64,000 nt of DNA, from the NCBI GenBank assembly GCA_013041745.1, contig JABDRN010000035.1, positions 35,036 to 99,035 of the forward strand. Reading direction: 5' to 3'. This document shows, piece by piece, positions 61,342 through 64,000 of the stretch; position 1 is the first letter of the stretch, and every line of letters starts with the position of its first letter. The notes under the pieces are model-generated. The model made no database searches. It saw nothing but the letters and a program-made list of their open reading frames with translations, and was not told where the DNA came from. This DNA is from Gammaproteobacteria bacterium. GTDB taxonomy: Bacteria; Pseudomonadota; Gammaproteobacteria; SZUA-229. The position numbers were made by a program, and so were the translations under genes.

Positions 61342-61366
61342 CCCTGTTAGATATAACTGCCAGTCA

Positions 61367-61473
61367 CCTGCTAATCCACGCACACCCTGCTTGCTGACAT
61401 GCCTGCAGGGCCCCCTGTCTCGGCTAAATCTAACAAATAGTGCAAGCCTGGCATAAAACTCTGGATTAGCAGG
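61367..61473. repeat. Perfect 12-bp inverted repeat cctgctaatcca / tggattagcagg enclosing an 83-nt GC-rich segment with nested pairings
   Basis: Arms at 61367-61378 and 61462-61473. Inside, ccctgc (61385-90) pairs with gcaggg (61405-10), and gcttgc (61389-94) pairs with gcaagc (61442-47). These two inner pairings are mutually exclusive. Confidence 0.5.
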
Positions 61474-61526
61474 CAAATTTATCTATACTTGAGTAAGACA
61501 TTTTTAGCACTCAGGCGCCATCTAAA

Positions 61527-63371
61527 TTGACCAATCAGCATTTAAATACACTGGAGTTAATCACCCTTCAGAACCAGTTACTGTTATCGATAGGCGCAAG
61601 CTTAAATGCACGTGAATGCGCCCATAAATTCATTCAGTCCACGATAAAATCGCTGGGCCTGAAGAGCATTCACCTGTATATATATGAAGAGCCCGCAAAA
61701 GACGAACGCCAGTTGGTAAATTACCTGTCGCTGCCCGACAACAATATTAAAGATCAGCATCAGCCGGTTATAGAAAAGATCCAGAGCCAAATGGAATCGG
61801 ATAAGAACAGTACCCATATCACTGAAATTCTGGAACAAAATGAGATCCTGGCTTACCGGTATGGCAACGCCGGTATATTATTTTTTGAGAATCACCAGGG
61901 TAAATTTCAGGAATCGCTTAAGGAAGCACTGCTACCCGTAATAAAAAAATCTGCAGAGTATTTCCAGTTATGTGAAAAGCAGAAACGCATGAATACCGAA
62001 GCACAAGTCAGTAGAGATGCACAGCGTACTTATGAACTACAGGCGAAAAGGGATCCGCTGACCAACCTGCCCAACCGCCGTGAGTTTCGCTATTCGCTAT
62101 CTCGGGAGATCTCAAATGCGCAGCACTATGAATACCATGGTGCGCTGATGTATATCGATCTAGATAACTTTAAAAACGTCAATGACTCACTGGGACATTC
62201 GATCGGTGACATATTATTGACCCAGGTCGCAGAGAGATTGAACGAACAGACGCGCAGCGGCGACACCGTGTTCAGGATAGGTGGCGATGAATTTGTCTAC
62301 ATCCTCGGTAACATCGGAGAGACAGAGGCAGAAGCCATCCACACATCACAGACCGTTGCCAACCGTGTTATCGAGACACTAGCCAGGCCCATCGAGATCG
62401 GCGAGTTCAGCCTGCACATCACGCCCAGTATCGGCATCGCTATTTTCCCCGATGTGTTCGAAGAAGCGACAGATAGCGAAAATGTGCTAAGACATGCCGA
62501 TACCGCAATGTACCGGGCCAAGAAACAGGGTCGTAACTGTTATGCCTTTTTCAATCCTGAGATGCATGTAGAAGCGAGCCAGCGACTGATCATCGAGGAT
62601 CACCTGCGAAAGGCCATAAATAACGATGAACTACACATGGTCTATCAGCCCATCGTCAATACTAATGAAGACATTATCGGTGCTGAGACACTCATCAGGT
62701 GGAACAGCCCGGTACTGGGCAACATTCCTCCTGATCAATTTATCGGCATCGCTGAAGAGAGCAACCTGATCCTTATCTTGAGTGAATGGATCATGAAGCG
62801 TACCGGTGAATTTGCTGAAGAGCTATATAAACAGCTTGATAAAGACTCCACTTTCAGTTACATCAGTATCAATATCAGTCCGCGCCAGTTTATTCAGAAC
62901 GACTTTGTCGACACCATCATATCTTTCGTCAACTCCTGTGATGTTCCAAATAACTTCATCAAACTGGAGTTCACCGAGAATGTACTGCTTGATAATATCG
63001 AGCAGACCATCGAGAAGATGGAGAAGCTACATGAAAATGATATCGACTTCCTGCTGGATGACTTCGGCACAGGTTATTCATCACTTTCGTATCTGCACAA
63101 ATTACCGATCTCGATCCTGAAGATAGATAAATCATTCATCACTGCTTTTCATTCTGAAAAAAATGATACTCGGGCTATCGTAAACGCCATCCTGGTAATG
63201 ACAGAACAGCTTGCCATCAAATGCATCGTGGAAGGTGTCGAACTCAAAGAACATGTCGACTTCTTCAAAGAGAAAGCTGTTCATGGTATGCAGGGATTCT
63301 ATTACCATAAACCCATGCCTGATACAGAGCTAGATGAACTGCTCTGCGGCACTCGGCAGCAAGTATCGTGA
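61527..63371 (+). CDS. Cytoplasmic GGDEF-EAL protein with an N-terminal GAF-like region (TTG start in the ORF track; true start uncertain)
   Basis: RIGGDEF with an RSGD I-site. The EAL domain has ETLIRW, LEFTEN, DDFGTGYSSLSYL, KIDKSF and EGVE. Confidence 0.9.
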   Translation: MTNQHLNTLELITLQNQLLLSIGASLNARECAHKFIQSTIKSLGLKSIHLYIYEEPAKDERQLVNYLSLPDNNIKDQHQPVIEKIQSQMESDKNSTHITEILEQNEILAYRYGNAGILFFENHQGKFQESLKEALLPVIKKSAEYFQLCEKQKRMNTEAQVSRDAQRTYELQAKRDPLTNLPNRREFRYSLSREISNAQHYEYHGALMYIDLDNFKNVNDSLGHSIGDILLTQVAERLNEQTRSGDTVFRIGGDEFVYILGNIGETEAEAIHTSQTVANRVIETLARPIEIGEFSLHITPSIGIAIFPDVFEEATDSENVLRHADTAMYRAKKQGRNCYAFFNPEMHVEASQRLIIEDHLRKAINNDELHMVYQPIVNTNEDIIGAETLIRWNSPVLGNIPPDQFIGIAEESNLILILSEWIMKRTGEFAEELYKQLDKDSTFSYISINISPRQFIQNDFVDTIISFVNSCDVPNNFIKLEFTENVLLDNIEQTIEKMEKLHENDIDFLLDDFGTGYSSLSYLHKLPISILKIDKSFITAFHSEKNDTRAIVNAILVMTEQLAIKCIVEGVELKEHVDFFKEKAVHGMQGFYYHKPMPDTELDELLCGTRQQVS

Positions 63372-63500
63372 AACCAGCTTAATTCAGATATACATAGAGT
63401 GTCTACAATTACTCGTTTTGTTCACAATGCTTAAAAATAGACTATATTTATATGCAGACATACGTGATAAATAATTTCTAATGTAATACCGGAGCAGATC

Positions 63501-63752
63501 ATGAAAAAGCTATTCATGCCGTTGTTTCTTCTCTCATTATCCAATCCCGTACTGGCTAACCAGTACAGTAATCCTTCTGAATGCCTGCAGATGTATCGTA
63601 ACCAGCTGAATGATCAAAATATAAACCGCTCACAGATGATGGAGTTTGTCGACAGATGCATGCCTTCGAGACAGGCACTAGATGAACCAGTGCATCGCAA
63701 ACTGCTGCAGGTGATCTATGGCGAGAAAAAAATTATAACCGTCAGAACCTGA
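63501..63752 (+). CDS. Small secreted hypothetical protein
   Basis: Signal peptide MKKLFMPLFLLSLSNPVLA. ggag lies 8 nt upstream of the ATG. 83 aa. Confidence 0.45.
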   Translation: MKKLFMPLFLLSLSNPVLANQYSNPSECLQMYRNQLNDQNINRSQMMEFVDRCMPSRQALDEPVHRKLLQVIYGEKKIITVRT

Positions 63753-63792
63753 GCAAGTAGTCTAACTTAAAGCGAACTTTTCGCTAACAGCA

Positions 63793-64000
63793 TCACCTCT
63801 CGACCAGCTCGATCGCATTACCATCATAATCACGGCAAAATAATGCTGCACGACCCGATTTACTCTTGCTGTAACTGATACCTGCCTGTTGCAGGCGACG
63901 AATTATCAGCTCAAGGTCTGATACCTGCAAAGCCAGATGGTTGTCTCGCCCACCATGTTCGGGCCTGTTGACTGAAGCGTATGGATCAGCAACTTCTAGC
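63793..64000 (-). CDS. Glyoxalase/VOC-family protein, C-terminal part (5' end lies outside the window)
   Basis: My own minus-strand translation gives ...NRPEHGGRDNHLALQVSDLELIIRRLQQAGISYSKSKSGRAALFCRDYDGNAIELVER*. The ending DxDGNxIEL is typical of VOC proteins. Confidence 0.55.
   Translation of the reverse strand, partial: LEVADPYASVNRPEHGGRDNHLALQVSDLELIIRRLQQAGISYSKSKSGRAALFCRDYDGNAIELVER

Overview
This 64 kb window looks like a chromosomal segment of a moderate-GC gammaproteobacterium. The gene order (rne<>rluC-HAD-sppA, smc-zipA-ligA, scpA-scpB-rluB, trpS-M50-yciO<>yciB-yciI, dnaB-rplI-membrane-rpsR-rpsF) resembles Pseudomonas-like and marine gamma lineages. I call about 58 protein genes and one tRNA-Leu(CAA). 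I found no rRNA, no CRISPR array and no intact mobile element. Most genes are housekeeping: ribosomal proteins, CysRS, TrpRS, RNase E, LigA, the SMC/ScpAB condensin, RNA-modification enzymes and PdxJ. Four sensory modules that look tightly operonic are inserted between these core genes. (i) 12.5-16.8 kb: CHASE2 Ser/Thr kinase, PP2C phosphatase and a tandem-FHA protein. (ii) 19.2-25.0 kb: TonB-dependent receptor, periplasmic binding protein and hybrid histidine kinase. (iii) 25.9-29.3 kb: CHASE2 class-III cyclase plus an HD phosphohydrolase. (iv) 41.0-45.6 kb: a periplasmic di-haem cytochrome c peroxidase translationally coupled to a 1193-aa helical-sensor/GAF/PAS/GGDEF/EAL protein. Module (iv) and module (ii) are my best candidates for an uncharacterised system, but this rests on architecture only. 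Other points: smc carries a single in-frame TAG in its hinge region while scpAB are intact. A decayed P4-type integrase fragment with orphan genes lies between cysS and ptp. The tRNA-Leu has an acceptor-stem mismatch and is followed by an AT-rich orphan region containing an orphan terminator and an Arg-rich protein. Several intergenic repeat families occur (heptamer-tract inverted repeats, the CATTGCGAGCGAAGCGCGGCAATC hairpin, a permuted inverted repeat upstream of smc). All function calls come from motif recognition by eye. No database search or computation was run.
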